A DNA stretch of 64,000 nt from Candidatus Gastranaerophilales bacterium (GTDB lineage Bacteria > Cyanobacteriota > Vampirovibrionia > Gastranaerophilales > CAJFVJ01), in assembly GCA_944323485.1 (NCBI GenBank), contig CALUSR010000001.1, forward strand, positions 482,123 through 546,122. Direction: 5' to 3'. Positions 17,152-27,237 of this stretch are shown here, one piece after another (positions within the stretch are counted from its first letter, which is position 1; every line of letters starts with the position of its first letter). The translations under genes were made by a program, and so were the position numbers. The notes beneath the pieces were generated by a model that searched no databases, was not told the DNA's origin, and saw nothing but the letters and a program-made list of their open reading frames with translations.

Positions 17152-18855
17152 TTATTTTTTGTTTCCTATGATAAATTCATAACAGGGTTCATTAGGTATA
17201 TCGTTTATATTTGTTATTTGCTCACCTATAGATGGCGCTGCCGTAACGCCGCCTTCACCTTCTAATCCGGGGAGAGTAGGAAGTGCTGATGGGTCAGCTG
17301 AGGCTTGTTCTGTTGGAGCGGATGTATTTGCCCCCATATCATCTTCGCCTGTTTCGTAGTCTATATTTGAGTTTGTAGAGTCTCTTCCTTCTCCTGCTAT
17401 GAGAATTTGTGTGATTGTCAAGTCTTTAAATTTTGAAAAAGTTTTCAGAGCTTTATAGAACTCGATGATATCGGGTACATTATAAGAATACCCTCTCATA
17501 TATACACTCAAATCAGAGTAGATGTTGAATTCTTTTATCCATAGGTTATCAGGAATAACATCAGATACAAGAGCCAATGATTTTGAAATATCTTTGTCTT
17601 TTTCATATAACTTTTTGATGCTTAATGTTGCATCAAATTCGTTGGTATCTTTTGGTTTAATGTTTTTCAGCTGGATTTCGAGGTCGCTTTTTTCTGCAGT
17701 AAGTCTTTTGAGTTCGCCTTGTTGCAGAAAATAGAACAACCCGGTTCCGATAGCCAGCAGTATAAGTATACCGCATACAACCGGAGATATGCTCATTATG
17801 AATTTTCTTGTTTCTCTGCCTTCGAGGAGGTTGTTTACTACATCAAGAAATCCTCCTGCGCTGATTTGTAATTTGACGTTGTCAAATGCAAAATCAAAAC
17901 CGAGTTCAAAATAATCCTGATACAATGCCGTACCTACAACATATGGTGATATATTAAGCGCTTTATCTGCGTCAACAGTTTCTTCATCAATGTCATATAC
18001 AGGAGCTGTTGCATTTTCGTTTATATCTAAACAATGAACAGGGAAATCAAGTGCCATACGATTTGCCAGTTCTTGAGAAGAAATACCCGGTACGGTATTT
18101 ACTATAACCATATTTGAAATCCACAAACTCTCTACCGCCGGCATGATTACATCAGCGATTTTGTTGTATATTCCGACTGTTCCGTCATAAGACAGAGATT
18201 CCTGAGTTAAAGATGTAATTGATTTACCCGTGAGGGCAATCATTTCGTATTGATCTTGAGTCAGTGAAAGAATGGCCCATCCTTCGCTGCCAATAATATC
18301 AAGGTCATCTTCAGTAATAAATCCCGTGCCTATGACACCTTTTATCAAAGAAAAAGAACTGTTGTCAATGGCAATCAGCTCCATGCCGAGACCTGTTATT
18401 ACGTTTTTGAACAGTTCAACGATATCTTCTTTCATTCCGGAATAAAGAACGGTTTGAGTGTCTTCGTCTTCATCTACATTCAGTTGTTTCCATCTTGCGA
18501 CAGGGTTGACATCGTCGAACAGATTTGTGTTGACCAAATCCTGTTTAATTTCGGTTTCTATTTGTGTTTCAGACATTCTTGCCGAGAGAAGTCGCTGAGA
18601 AATATAAATATCCGGAAGAGAAACAAATATAGGCGTACCGGGCATTATTGTCATATGAGTAAATATTTCTCTCAAAGCTTCTTCAAGAGCTTCAGGATCG
18701 TCTATTTTTCTTTCATTTTTGTTATAAGAAACTACTGTATTTTCATATTTCAGTACTTTCTTTTGTATTGTATCGTATTCAACTACTTCGAGATATGAAT
18801 CGAGGTTCAACGAAATAGCAACTACTACACTATATTTTTTTGCGGTTTTCAACAT
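17152..18855 (-). CDS. PilM/PilN-like fusion protein (type IV pilus alignment complex)
   Basis: PilM-like N-terminal region, a single TM near aa 355-375, then PilN-like L..VS..IPDNLWI.......G.S......I.EF..AL. Confidence 0.6.
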   Translation of the reverse strand: MLKTAKKYSVVVAISLNLDSYLEVVEYDTIQKKVLKYENTVVSYNKNERKIDDPEALEEALREIFTHMTIMPGTPIFVSLPDIYISQRLLSARMSETQIETEIKQDLVNTNLFDDVNPVARWKQLNVDEDEDTQTVLYSGMKEDIVELFKNVITGLGMELIAIDNSSFSLIKGVIGTGFITEDDLDIIGSEGWAILSLTQDQYEMIALTGKSITSLTQESLSYDGTVGIYNKIADVIMPAVESLWISNMVIVNTVPGISSQELANRMALDFPVHCLDINENATAPVYDIDEETVDADKALNISPYVVGTALYQDYFELGFDFAFDNVKLQISAGGFLDVVNNLLEGRETRKFIMSISPVVCGILILLAIGTGLFYFLQQGELKRLTAEKSDLEIQLKNIKPKDTNEFDATLSIKKLYEKDKDISKSLALVSDVIPDNLWIKEFNIYSDLSVYMRGYSYNVPDIIEFYKALKTFSKFKDLTITQILIAGEGRDSTNSNIDYETGEDDMGANTSAPTEQASADPSALPTLPGLEGEGGVTAAPSIGEQITNINDIPNEPCYEFIIGNKK

Positions 18856-19074
18856 AAGAAATCAGTTCCGAAATAATATCCATCCAAACGTTATTGTAAT
18901 TGTAACTACATAAATTTATAATACAATAAATTGCCGATGTGTGGCAAATTAACGAAAATATTTTAAGGCGTTTTTTATTTTGCGGGAACAGACTGAAAAG
19001 TATAGAGCATAAAAAGTCTAATTTTGAATAAAAATAAGCTGAAACATAACTTGTTTTTTTAGGAGTAAAACATA

Positions 19075-19812
19075 ATGACTGATTATATTTACGGGAAGAA
19101 TTCCATAGAAGAAACCATAAGTAACTCTCCTCACCGGATTAATAAAATTTTGATTTCCGAGAATAACAAATTTGATAAAAAAATTAACTATATGATTAAT
19201 TTTTGTAAAGAAAATAAAATAAAATTTCAATTTGTTCCAAAAGAAAAAATCGATAAAACTGTTCCTAATACGGCTCATCAGGGTGTAGTCGCTTTTATTT
19301 CTCCGATAAAATATACAAGTTTGGATGAATTTTTGGTTTCTTTGAAAAAAACAAATGCTCTTGTAGTTATGCTTGATAGTATAGAGGATGTTCACAACTT
19401 AGGTGCTATTATTAGGACATCGGTATGTGCGGGGGTTGATGGAATTATTATCCCTGATAAACGTTCCGTAAGTGTTACATCTGCCGTTGAGAAAATAAGT
19501 GCGGGTGCGGTTAATAAAATTCCTATAATCAGGGTATCAAATTTATGCAATTCAATCTTAAAATTAAAGAAAAACGGCTTCTGGGTTGTTGGTGCAGAAG
19601 CTGATTGTGACAAATATTATTTTGATATTGATTACAACATGAATTGCGTAATTGTTTTAGGAGGAGAAAATCAGGGAATAAGTAATATTGTAAGGAAAAA
19701 TTGTGACTACATGGTAAAGATACCTATAATAGGAGAATTCAATTCTCTCAATGTTTCAAATGCCGCAAGCGTGGTTATCTATGAGGCAGTGAGACAAAGA
19801 CTATTGAAATAG
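19075..19812 (+). CDS. rlmB: 23S rRNA (guanosine-2251-2'-O)-methyltransferase RlmB (TrmH family)
   Basis: [30 protein letters not shown] and SLNVSNA motifs. Confidence 0.92.
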   Translation: MTDYIYGKNSIEETISNSPHRINKILISENNKFDKKINYMINFCKENKIKFQFVPKEKIDKTVPNTAHQGVVAFISPIKYTSLDEFLVSLKKTNALVVMLDSIEDVHNLGAIIRTSVCAGVDGIIIPDKRSVSVTSAVEKISAGAVNKIPIIRVSNLCNSILKLKKNGFWVVGAEADCDKYYFDIDYNMNCVIVLGGENQGISNIVRKNCDYMVKIPIIGEFNSLNVSNAASVVIYEAVRQRLLK

Positions 19813-19837
19813 ATACTCAAAAACAAGGGGGAATGTT

Positions 19838-20836
19838 ATGTCTTTCGAAAAAGATATATACTATGACAAAATGAACGAAAAGGACGAAGTGTTAGACGAT
19901 GATATGAATCTTCTCGATGCAGATGATTCAGAACTTGATAATATTGAAGAAGAAAAAAACGACTTTGAAAATGAAAAAAGCCAGATAGCCGATGATTCAG
20001 TGAAGATTTATCTCCAGCAGATTGGCAGAATACCTCTTTTGTCTTCTGAAGAAGAGCTTGAGGTTGCTAAAGAAATAAAAGAAAAAAACTCGCAGGAAGC
20101 AAAAGAAAAATTGGTGAATGCCAATTTGCGTCTTGTTGTGAGTATTGCAAAAAAATATATCGGAAGGGGTTTATCTTTCTTGGACTTAATACAAGAGGGA
20201 AATCTCGGACTTATGCGTGCTGCAGAAAAGTTTGATTATACAAAAGGATACAAATTCAGCACGTATGCGACATGGTGGATACAGCAGGCAATCACAAGGG
20301 GGATTGCCGACAAATCGAGAACGATTCGTCTGCCTGTTCATATGATTGAAACAATCAGCCGTATAAAAAAAGTTTCATCTGATTTGACAACTAAGATGAA
20401 CAGAACACCTTCAAAAGAGGAAATCGCCAAACAACTCGGTATTTCTGTCTCGAAGCTGACGGCTATCATGAAATCTACCCAGCTGACAGTCAGTCTTGAA
20501 ACTCCTATAAACCAGAAAGAAGATAACTCAAAAGTCGCAGATATTCTGGTTGATTCATCAACACTATCTCCGGATACAAAAGTTACGCAGGAAAATCTTC
20601 TTGAAGAAATCAGGTCTATTTTGAACCAGCTCAGCCAGAAAGAAAAAGATGTAATTATAATGCGTTTCGGTCTTGATGATGACGGTGTGAAGAAAACCCT
20701 TGAAGAAATAGGCGCCAGATATGCGGTATCAAGAGAACGTATCCGTCAAATCGAGAACAGGGCAATAAGCAAACTTAAAAAAATGTGCCGAAACAACAGA
20801 GGTGTAAAAAGTTTGAAGAATTTTATCAACAGTTAA
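19838..20836 (+). CDS. RNA polymerase sigma70 factor, RpoD/SigA-like
   Basis: [55 protein letters not shown]. Confidence 0.93.
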   Translation: MSFEKDIYYDKMNEKDEVLDDDMNLLDADDSELDNIEEEKNDFENEKSQIADDSVKIYLQQIGRIPLLSSEEELEVAKEIKEKNSQEAKEKLVNANLRLVVSIAKKYIGRGLSFLDLIQEGNLGLMRAAEKFDYTKGYKFSTYATWWIQQAITRGIADKSRTIRLPVHMIETISRIKKVSSDLTTKMNRTPSKEEIAKQLGISVSKLTAIMKSTQLTVSLETPINQKEDNSKVADILVDSSTLSPDTKVTQENLLEEIRSILNQLSQKEKDVIIMRFGLDDDGVKKTLEEIGARYAVSRERIRQIENRAISKLKKMCRNNRGVKSLKNFINS

Positions 20837-20853
20837 ACCAGTAAACTCTGACT

Positions 20854-20879
20854 GACAGACCTATATGGTCTGTCTTTTT
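20854..20879 (+). terminator. Intrinsic terminator
   Basis: GACAGACC-TATAT-GGTCTGTC-TTTTT. Confidence 0.75.
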
Positions 20880-20882
20880 CTT

Positions 20883-21614
20883 TTAGATACAAGTGTTACA
20901 TATTTTTTTAAATAAAGAAACATCAACTATACAGAAAGCTTCAGCAAAATTTCTGTTTTTTTGCAACCCTCTGTATTCATTCAGCGCAAGAGCTTTTTTG
21001 GTGTAGTTTTTTTGTTCTACCTGTGACCTGTGGGAGTTTATCAGTATTGCTTTTTTGTCTTTGACTGATGTTATATCAACGAATGCATTTGGCAGGGCAA
21101 GAGTTGTCCATACTTCGTAGAAGGCGATTTTCAGGTTTGGTTTGTGTTTTTTTTCATCAATAAGCCGGTTTAATAGCAAAGATACCGCTTTATGGTCAGG
21201 GTGCTGGTCAAGCATATTCGGGATAAAGATGTAGTCATATTTTTCTACGGGTATAGTCCTAAATTGTTCATAATATTCAATAAGATGTTTGTCTTCCGCA
21301 TTGAATATTTGAAATGAGTTGATACATGCAGCAGTCATTGCATTTGAAAATTCATTTTGTCGTATTTTTATTGCTTCATCAGCAGATACTGATTTTATAC
21401 CCTTTCTCCCGTCGGTAAGACAAATTACATCGAAGTTTTTTGGATATAAACTCAATATTCCCCCGCATCCTATGCTTTCATCATCTGCATGAGGAGCAAG
21501 ACATAAACATTTTTCATTTTCTTGAGGAGAAAATTCTGTTATTTTGAGATTGACCGAAAGATAAAACTTATAAATTTTGGGTATTATACTGTTGAATAGG
21601 ATTTTTTTTATCAT
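20883..21614 (-). CDS. PIG-L family deacetylase
   Basis: LAPHADDESIGCGG, R..EF..A and D.HPDH motifs. Confidence 0.9.
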   Translation of the reverse strand: MIKKILFNSIIPKIYKFYLSVNLKITEFSPQENEKCLCLAPHADDESIGCGGILSLYPKNFDVICLTDGRKGIKSVSADEAIKIRQNEFSNAMTAACINSFQIFNAEDKHLIEYYEQFRTIPVEKYDYIFIPNMLDQHPDHKAVSLLLNRLIDEKKHKPNLKIAFYEVWTTLALPNAFVDITSVKDKKAILINSHRSQVEQKNYTKKALALNEYRGLQKNRNFAEAFCIVDVSLFKKICNTCI

Positions 21615-21622
21615 ATTTCCTC

Positions 21623-22732
21623 TTACAAATTGTTTGCTATAGAGTCGGCAAAATTTTTCCAGGAATATTTTTGCGCTGTTTCATGGGCATTTTTTTGAAC
21701 TTTTTCAAATTCATCAGGTTTTTCTTTTTTCAGGTTGATGACTTCTTTCATTTTTTTGAACAGATTTTTTTTACGATTATTCTTCATAGAGAACAGGAAG
21801 CCGTTTTTTTTATCTAAGATTATCTCTGATACCCCTGATGTCGAACTGACAATTGATGGTGTCGAAAAACTTGCCGCCTCAAGAACAACAAGCCCGAAGG
21901 CTTCAGAAAATGATGGTAATAAAAGGCAATCTATTGAGTTGTAGAAGTCTGTCATATTTTTTTGGAATTCTAAAATTTCAACTTCATCTTCAAGCCGGTT
22001 TAATTTTAGATAAAATTTGAAAAAAGAATCATTATTATACTTCGGATAAATCAATTTTAGTTTAAATGGAATTTTGGTTCTTTTTAATAGTTTTAAAGAA
22101 CTTATGAGGGTATATATTCCCTTGTTATAACCACCGCTGTTAACAATGCCGAAGGTGAAGACGGAGTTTTTTTTCTTTTGATAATCTTGCATAGGCATTT
22201 CAATTCCCGGGTAAGCCGTGAAAATGTTTTCGTAAGGTATGCCGAAATTCTTTGCATAATCTTCTTTTACAATATTTGATACTGCAAAAAATTTTCTGTT
22301 TTTATTTTGAAGAAATCTTTTTTGGACAGCTATTTTTTTTCTTTTTAAAAATTTCAATATAATTGATAAGAGAAAATTTTTACAGTTGCTATATCTATAA
22401 GGAAGGGAATTGCAGTTTAGAATCAGGTGCCCTTCTTCTGCAAAAATATCATTGAATATAACAGCATCATAATTTTTGCCGTTTAACAACTCTTTTAGTT
22501 GAGAGAAAAATTGTTCTCCTTCTCCATAAAGATGCCAGTCCGAATTAATAATTTCCCTGACTCCATCAAGATTATTTACGGATGATTTGCTTGAGTAAAC
22601 ATCAAGATTTATCTCTGGATTTTTTGCCCACTCCAGAACCAAATGGCGAGAAACTTTGTTTCCGCCGCCTTTTATGCCTTCTTCTGAAAAAGATTTATCA
22701 AGGGAGTCTATTATTAGTGCTATTTCTTTCAT
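21623..22732 (-). CDS. Glycosyltransferase family 4
   Basis: D..LLPSFSEAFGLVVLEA.....P.IVS..SG..E.I....NG motif. Confidence 0.9.
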   Translation of the reverse strand: MKEIALIIDSLDKSFSEEGIKGGGNKVSRHLVLEWAKNPEINLDVYSSKSSVNNLDGVREIINSDWHLYGEGEQFFSQLKELLNGKNYDAVIFNDIFAEEGHLILNCNSLPYRYSNCKNFLLSIILKFLKRKKIAVQKRFLQNKNRKFFAVSNIVKEDYAKNFGIPYENIFTAYPGIEMPMQDYQKKKNSVFTFGIVNSGGYNKGIYTLISSLKLLKRTKIPFKLKLIYPKYNNDSFFKFYLKLNRLEDEVEILEFQKNMTDFYNSIDCLLLPSFSEAFGLVVLEAASFSTPSIVSSTSGVSEIILDKKNGFLFSMKNNRKKNLFKKMKEVINLKKEKPDEFEKVQKNAHETAQKYSWKNFADSIANNL

Positions 22733-22776
22733 AAAAACAAAATGATGATTATGCTCAATACAGAATTAAAATATAA

Positions 22777-22806
22777 AAAAAGCACTTTGTACATAAAAAA
22801 GTGCTT
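22777..22806. terminator. Terminator-like hairpin
   Basis: AAGCACTTT-loop-AAAGTGCTT, with a T-run on the minus strand. Confidence 0.45.
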
Positions 22807-22961
22807 AGAGATATGTGTCTATTTGTTTGTTCAGTATATCTTTAATATTTTCATCTGTTTAAAATCTTCAAAAGAAACAAATTGAATAACTCTCTCTTCC
22901 AAGTTTTACAAATATTAACAAAAATTTAAAATATAATTATATAGAAACAAAGGGATACAAG

Positions 22962-24038
22962 ATGGGTGATGAAGATAAGCAGTTTGAGGCTTCGCAGCAG
23001 AAACTCGAACGTGCGAGAAAACAGGGTCAGATAGTTAAGAGTAAAGATTTTTCCATGGCGATATCTTTACTTGTTATGTTTCTTGTTATCTTCAAAATAG
23101 CGCCTATTTTGTGGGATCAGGTATCGAGGCTTTTTGTCCTTTTGTATGAACAAATTCCTAATATTCATCTGGAAGAAGTCGGGATGCCTTATTTATTTAC
23201 TATAACAATTGTTCCCATGATGTTTATTATTGCTCCGATATTGATTTTGGCTGCGTTTATTGCAATTGTCGGAGATTTAATCCAGGTAGGACCTCTATTC
23301 ACAACCACACCTCTTATTCCGAAGCTTGATAAGTTTAATCCTACGAGTTATTTCAAGAATCTTGTGTCAGTTAAAACTCTTTTCGAACTTGTAAAAAATA
23401 TTGTGAAAGTTGCTGTTCTGGGGTATGTCGGATATCTCGTCTATAAAGACCATCTGCCTGCTATTTTGTCACTTGTTGCAAGAGAGAACAATTTCTCCGT
23501 TCTTTACGAATTCGGCAGTCTTGTATCAGATTTTGTCATGAAAGCGGGAATTATATTTCTTGTTATTGCTGCTGCTGACTACGGCGTTACAAGATGGAAA
23601 TTTATGCAGGATCAGAAGATGTCTTTCAAAGAAGTGAAAGATGAATATAAAAACTCTGAAGGTGATCCTCATGTGAAAGCTGCCTTGAGGCAACGACGCC
23701 AGCAAATGCTCCAGCAAAGCATGCGGGATGCAGTGCCTGATGCCGACTTTGTCGTCACAAACCCTACCCATGTTGCGGTTGCAATCAAATACGACAAAGA
23801 AACCATGCAGGCTCCTAAGCTTTTGGCAAAAGGTACAGAGCTTTTTGCCAAACAGATTATTGAAATAGCAAAAAAACACTCTATTCCGGTTATAGAAAAT
23901 CCTCCTGTCGCAAGAGCTTTATTCAGACTTGTTGAAGTTGATGCCGAAGTACCTCCTCAGCTTTATAAAGCTGTTGCAGAAATTTTACTCTTTGTGTATG
24001 ATTTGCGAAAAAAGCAAAATTTGAATAAAATAAGATAA
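22962..24038 (+). CDS. flhB: Flagellar biosynthesis protein FlhB
   Basis: KLERARKQGQ..KS.D, KDEYKNSEGDP.VK and the VVTNPTHVAVA autocleavage motif. Confidence 0.96.
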   Translation: MGDEDKQFEASQQKLERARKQGQIVKSKDFSMAISLLVMFLVIFKIAPILWDQVSRLFVLLYEQIPNIHLEEVGMPYLFTITIVPMMFIIAPILILAAFIAIVGDLIQVGPLFTTTPLIPKLDKFNPTSYFKNLVSVKTLFELVKNIVKVAVLGYVGYLVYKDHLPAILSLVARENNFSVLYEFGSLVSDFVMKAGIIFLVIAAADYGVTRWKFMQDQKMSFKEVKDEYKNSEGDPHVKAALRQRRQQMLQQSMRDAVPDADFVVTNPTHVAVAIKYDKETMQAPKLLAKGTELFAKQIIEIAKKHSIPVIENPPVARALFRLVEVDAEVPPQLYKAVAEILLFVYDLRKKQNLNKIR

Positions 24039-24061
24039 GAAGAATAAAGTATAAAAAATAG

Positions 24062-24727
24062 ATGGCTGAGAATAATTTAAAAATTAAAGAATATATAGAG
24101 GTAATCGAAAAAGTCGCTAAGGTTGAACAGCGCCGTATTCCTTCTCATATGATAGAATACGAAGAACTGGTCAGCATAGGACTGATTGCCGTACAAACTT
24201 TGATAAAAGATAAAACACAAGAACAGCTTGATAAGTACAACAATTCTTATATTGCAACTGCTGTTAGATGGGCAATCAGAAACGAACTGAGAAATCGCTA
24301 CAAATGGTATTCTCTCAAACACTCCGTCAAAGATGATGAAAACAAAGAAGACTCGGGGGAAAATGGTATCAACCTTGCTCCTGATAAAGTCAGAGAAGCA
24401 GTCTATGAAACAATCCTCTCAATAGACGGACTTGCAGAAGCAGCGTCAGACAACGACTCGCCGTTTGACTTTGTCAAAGATACATCCATTCTGCCTGATG
24501 AAAAACTTGAAATCTCTGAACTCGGTCGTGTGATAAGGGAAGCTATCGCATCTCTTTCTCCAAAAGAAAGAACTATTGTGGAATATCGTTTCTATAGAAA
24601 TATGCAGGTAAAAGAAATCGCTATGCAGGTAGGCTTGTCTTCATCAAGAATTACCAGAATTGTGCAGTCATCTCTCAACCATGTCAGAGATTACCTAAAA
24701 AAAAGAGGCCTGAACGGCCTGGATTAA
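24062..24727 (+). CDS. fliA: Flagellar sigma factor (FliA/WhiG, sigma28)
   Basis: EELVSIGLIA, YIATAVRWAI.NELR, AI..L..KER.IV..RFY.....KEIA..VGLS.SRI.RI; follows flhB. Confidence 0.75.
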   Translation: MAENNLKIKEYIEVIEKVAKVEQRRIPSHMIEYEELVSIGLIAVQTLIKDKTQEQLDKYNNSYIATAVRWAIRNELRNRYKWYSLKHSVKDDENKEDSGENGINLAPDKVREAVYETILSIDGLAEAASDNDSPFDFVKDTSILPDEKLEISELGRVIREAIASLSPKERTIVEYRFYRNMQVKEIAMQVGLSSSRITRIVQSSLNHVRDYLKKRGLNGLD

Positions 24728-24774
24728 AGTTTTTAAACAAGAGAAGATATTATAACGTTGTTGGAGTTAATTTT

Positions 24775-25185
24775 TTAGATTTCACCTGCTGCATCCGGCA
24801 TGAATGCCTGGTTGAACATCTCAGCTGCCACTGTCAGTTTTCCTTCATCTGACATATTTTGATATTCGGGAATATCTCCTAATTCTTTGTCCATCTCAGA
24901 AAGAAAGGTCGTAATTGATTCTTCGAAGGAGTTCATAAATCCTGCGATTCTTTCTTCAAGACCTACTGAAAAATCAGGTTTTGTCTGGATTTGAGAAACA
25001 ATGAAGTTCATATTTCCGGCATTTGCAAGACCATTCAGAATTTCATCTCCTGATTTTGGCTGCAGTTGAGGTGCTGCTTGTTGAGGAGCCTGCTCAACTT
25101 CTTTTTCTGGGGCTTTTTGTTGCTTTAAATACTGCATACGATCTGTAATATTGTGGTTAGAGATGTTGTTAAAATAGTTATCCAT
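24775..25185 (-). CDS. Hypothetical protein, probably sigma28-dependent
   Basis: 136-aa ORF with AAGGAG RBS and a sigma28-like promoter upstream. Confidence 0.75.
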   Translation of the reverse strand: MDNYFNNISNHNITDRMQYLKQQKAPEKEVEQAPQQAAPQLQPKSGDEILNGLANAGNMNFIVSQIQTKPDFSVGLEERIAGFMNSFEESITTFLSEMDKELGDIPEYQNMSDEGKLTVAAEMFNQAFMPDAAGEI

Positions 25186-25228
25186 TTATCTTCTCCTTTT
25201 TTGACGACTTATTTTCTCTATACTTTTT

Positions 25229-25255
25229 TTATCGGAATTTTCATGGATAACTTTA
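25229..25255 (-). promoter_or_regulatory. Sigma28-type promoter
   Basis: TAAAGTTA-N11-TCCGATAA versus the consensus TAAAGTTT-N11-GCCGATAA. Confidence 0.7.
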
Positions 25256-25378
25256 GATTTTAAAGTCATAAATTTACAAAACTTTATACTTTATAATTTT
25301 TAAAAAGCAATCGAATTTAAATTTTATTTTGTTGATGATAAAATTTATCAAGAGTATGTAAAAAGAGGATTTTTAGAC

Positions 25379-26881
25379 GTGACTCAACAAAAGACACAGC
25401 CGCAATCGGCTCAAGAAAATATAAGAAATACAAGATTGCAAAAACTCACTGATTTGGCTGACAAGGGAATAAATCCTTATCCTTATTCTTTTGACCGTAC
25501 AGCATCAGCAGCCGAACTACAGGAGAAATACAAAGACCTCGAAGCAGGTGTCGAAACAGATGACCACTATTCAGTAGCCGGTCGTATTATGGCAATGAGA
25601 AATACAGGGATGTTTATCGATTTGCTCGATAGCTCGGGTAAAATTCAGATTTTCTGCCATAAAGAATTTATGGATGAAGAGCAGATTAAAAATTTGAAAC
25701 TTCTTGATGTAGGAGATATCATAGGCGTCCATGGCACAATCAGAAGAACTCCGAGAGGAGAGTTGAGCATAAAAGCTCATGATTTCAAATTTTTGTCAAA
25801 ATCATTGCTCCCTCTTCCTGAAAAATTCCATGGATTGACTGATGTCGAAACAAGATACCGCCAGAGATATCTTGATATGATTGTCAACAAAGATACAAGA
25901 GATACTTTCAGAAAAAGAAGCGAGATAATTCAGTTTATCAGAAACTATCTTACTAACCAGGGCTTCCTTGAAGTAGAAACTCCGATGCTGCAAACTATGT
26001 CAGGCGGAGCTTCTGCAAGACCGTTTGAAACTTATCACAATGCTCTTAGCATGCCGATGTTCTTGAGAATAGCTCCCGAGCTGCATCTGAAAAGGCTTAT
26101 GGTCGGCGGTGTCAGCGAAAAGATTTTTGAACTCAACAGAAACTTCAGAAACGAAGGTATTGATACAAGACACAATCCTGAGTTTACAATGCTCGAGTTA
26201 TACCAGGCTTATGTTGACTACAATGAGATGATGGTTCTTGAAGAAAATATGATTAGCGAAGCAGCCATGAAAGTTCTCGGAACAATGAAGATTACATTCC
26301 AGGGCAAAGAAATTGACCTGACTCCTCCATGGGATAGGATGACCATGCTCGGTGCTATCAAGAAGTTTACAGGTGTTGATTTCTCAGAGATGTATGATAT
26401 GAACGAGATTGCAGAGGAAGCAAAAAAACTCGGAATAGAAACAGAAGAAAATGACAACTGGGGTAAGGTCCTTGACAAGATTTTTGAAGCAAAAGTCGAA
26501 CCGCATCTTATCCAGCCTGTACATATCATGGATTATCCAAGAGAAATCTCTCCGCTTGCAAAAATTCACAGAGATAACCCGAGACTCGTTGAACGTTTTG
26601 AGACGAGAATCAACGGTTGGGAAGTTTCAAATGCTTTCTCCGAGCTGACTGATCCGATTGACCAGAGAGGAAGATTTGAAGCTCAGGCACGCGCAAAAGC
26701 AATGGGAGATGAAGAAGCCTGCGGAATAGATGAAGATTATATCACCGCTCTTGAATACGGACTTGCTCCATGCGGCGGTATGGGAATCGGAATTGACCGT
26801 CTTGTAATGCTTTTGACTGACTCTCCGACTATCAGGGATGTCATTGCATTCCCGACTATGCGCCAGAGAGAAGAAAATTAG
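25379..26881 (+). CDS. lysS: Lysine--tRNA ligase (class II)
   Basis: RYRQRYLD, GGASARPF.T.HNAL, YLRIAPEL-like, RNFRNEG...HNPEFTMLE, GIGIDRL. Confidence 0.97.
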   Translation: MTQQKTQPQSAQENIRNTRLQKLTDLADKGINPYPYSFDRTASAAELQEKYKDLEAGVETDDHYSVAGRIMAMRNTGMFIDLLDSSGKIQIFCHKEFMDEEQIKNLKLLDVGDIIGVHGTIRRTPRGELSIKAHDFKFLSKSLLPLPEKFHGLTDVETRYRQRYLDMIVNKDTRDTFRKRSEIIQFIRNYLTNQGFLEVETPMLQTMSGGASARPFETYHNALSMPMFLRIAPELHLKRLMVGGVSEKIFELNRNFRNEGIDTRHNPEFTMLELYQAYVDYNEMMVLEENMISEAAMKVLGTMKITFQGKEIDLTPPWDRMTMLGAIKKFTGVDFSEMYDMNEIAEEAKKLGIETEENDNWGKVLDKIFEAKVEPHLIQPVHIMDYPREISPLAKIHRDNPRLVERFETRINGWEVSNAFSELTDPIDQRGRFEAQARAKAMGDEEACGIDEDYITALEYGLAPCGGMGIGIDRLVMLLTDSPTIRDVIAFPTMRQREEN

Positions 26882-26909
26882 TTTTTTCTTCATTGAGAGA
26901 ATAAAAAAC

Positions 26910-26936
26910 AAAAAGCCCCAAAGAAGGGGCTTTTTT
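26910..26936. terminator. Bidirectional terminator
   Basis: AAAAAGCCCC-AAAGAA-GGGGCTTTTTT. Confidence 0.8.
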
Positions 26937-27132
26937 ATATTTTGAAGATTCTGCCTATTTGTTCGTTTAGTTTTGATACTTTGTTTGCAATGTTGTTTGA
27001 AAGATGACCGAGAGTTTGGGTGTTTGCTATATTTGTTTCATCAGAGATATAGTTCGTCAGAAGCTTTAGCTGATTGAGCAATCTCATCATCTCTGACCTG
27101 ATGTAGTAGAGTTGTTCTATTTTTTCTTCCAT
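26935..27132 (-). CDS. Small helical hypothetical protein (65 aa), paralog of 54279-54566
   Basis: GAGG RBS; 18/60 ungapped identity to the 54.3 kb ORF. Confidence 0.7.
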   Translation of the reverse strand: MEEKIEQLYYIRSEMMRLLNQLKLLTNYISDETNIANTQTLGHLSNNIANKVSKLNEQIGRIFKI

Positions 27133-27171
27133 GTGTACCTCTTAATTATTTATGAATATAATAACAAAAAA

Positions 27172-27218
27172 ATGAATTATTATTCATGTATATTATAAAT
27201 ATATCGAAAATTTGTCAA
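27172..27218 (-). promoter_or_regulatory. Sigma70 promoter with downstream palindromic operator
   Basis: TTGACA (27218-27213), 17 nt, TAATAT; palindrome ATGAAT-TATT-ATTCAT at 27172-27187. Confidence 0.55.
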
Positions 27219-27237
27219 TATATAATATATTTAAGAA

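Noticed and set aside
19018-19395. 125-aa minus-strand ORF and the many other antisense ORFs in the track
   Set aside because: They overlap well-supported genes on the opposite strand and are shadow ORFs with no motifs.
22807-22905. Short minus-strand ORF (TTG-EERVIQFVSFEDFK...) upstream of the hairpin at 22777-22806
   Set aside because: It is 23 codons long with a TTG start and no RBS; a longer product would need an unsupported frameshift.
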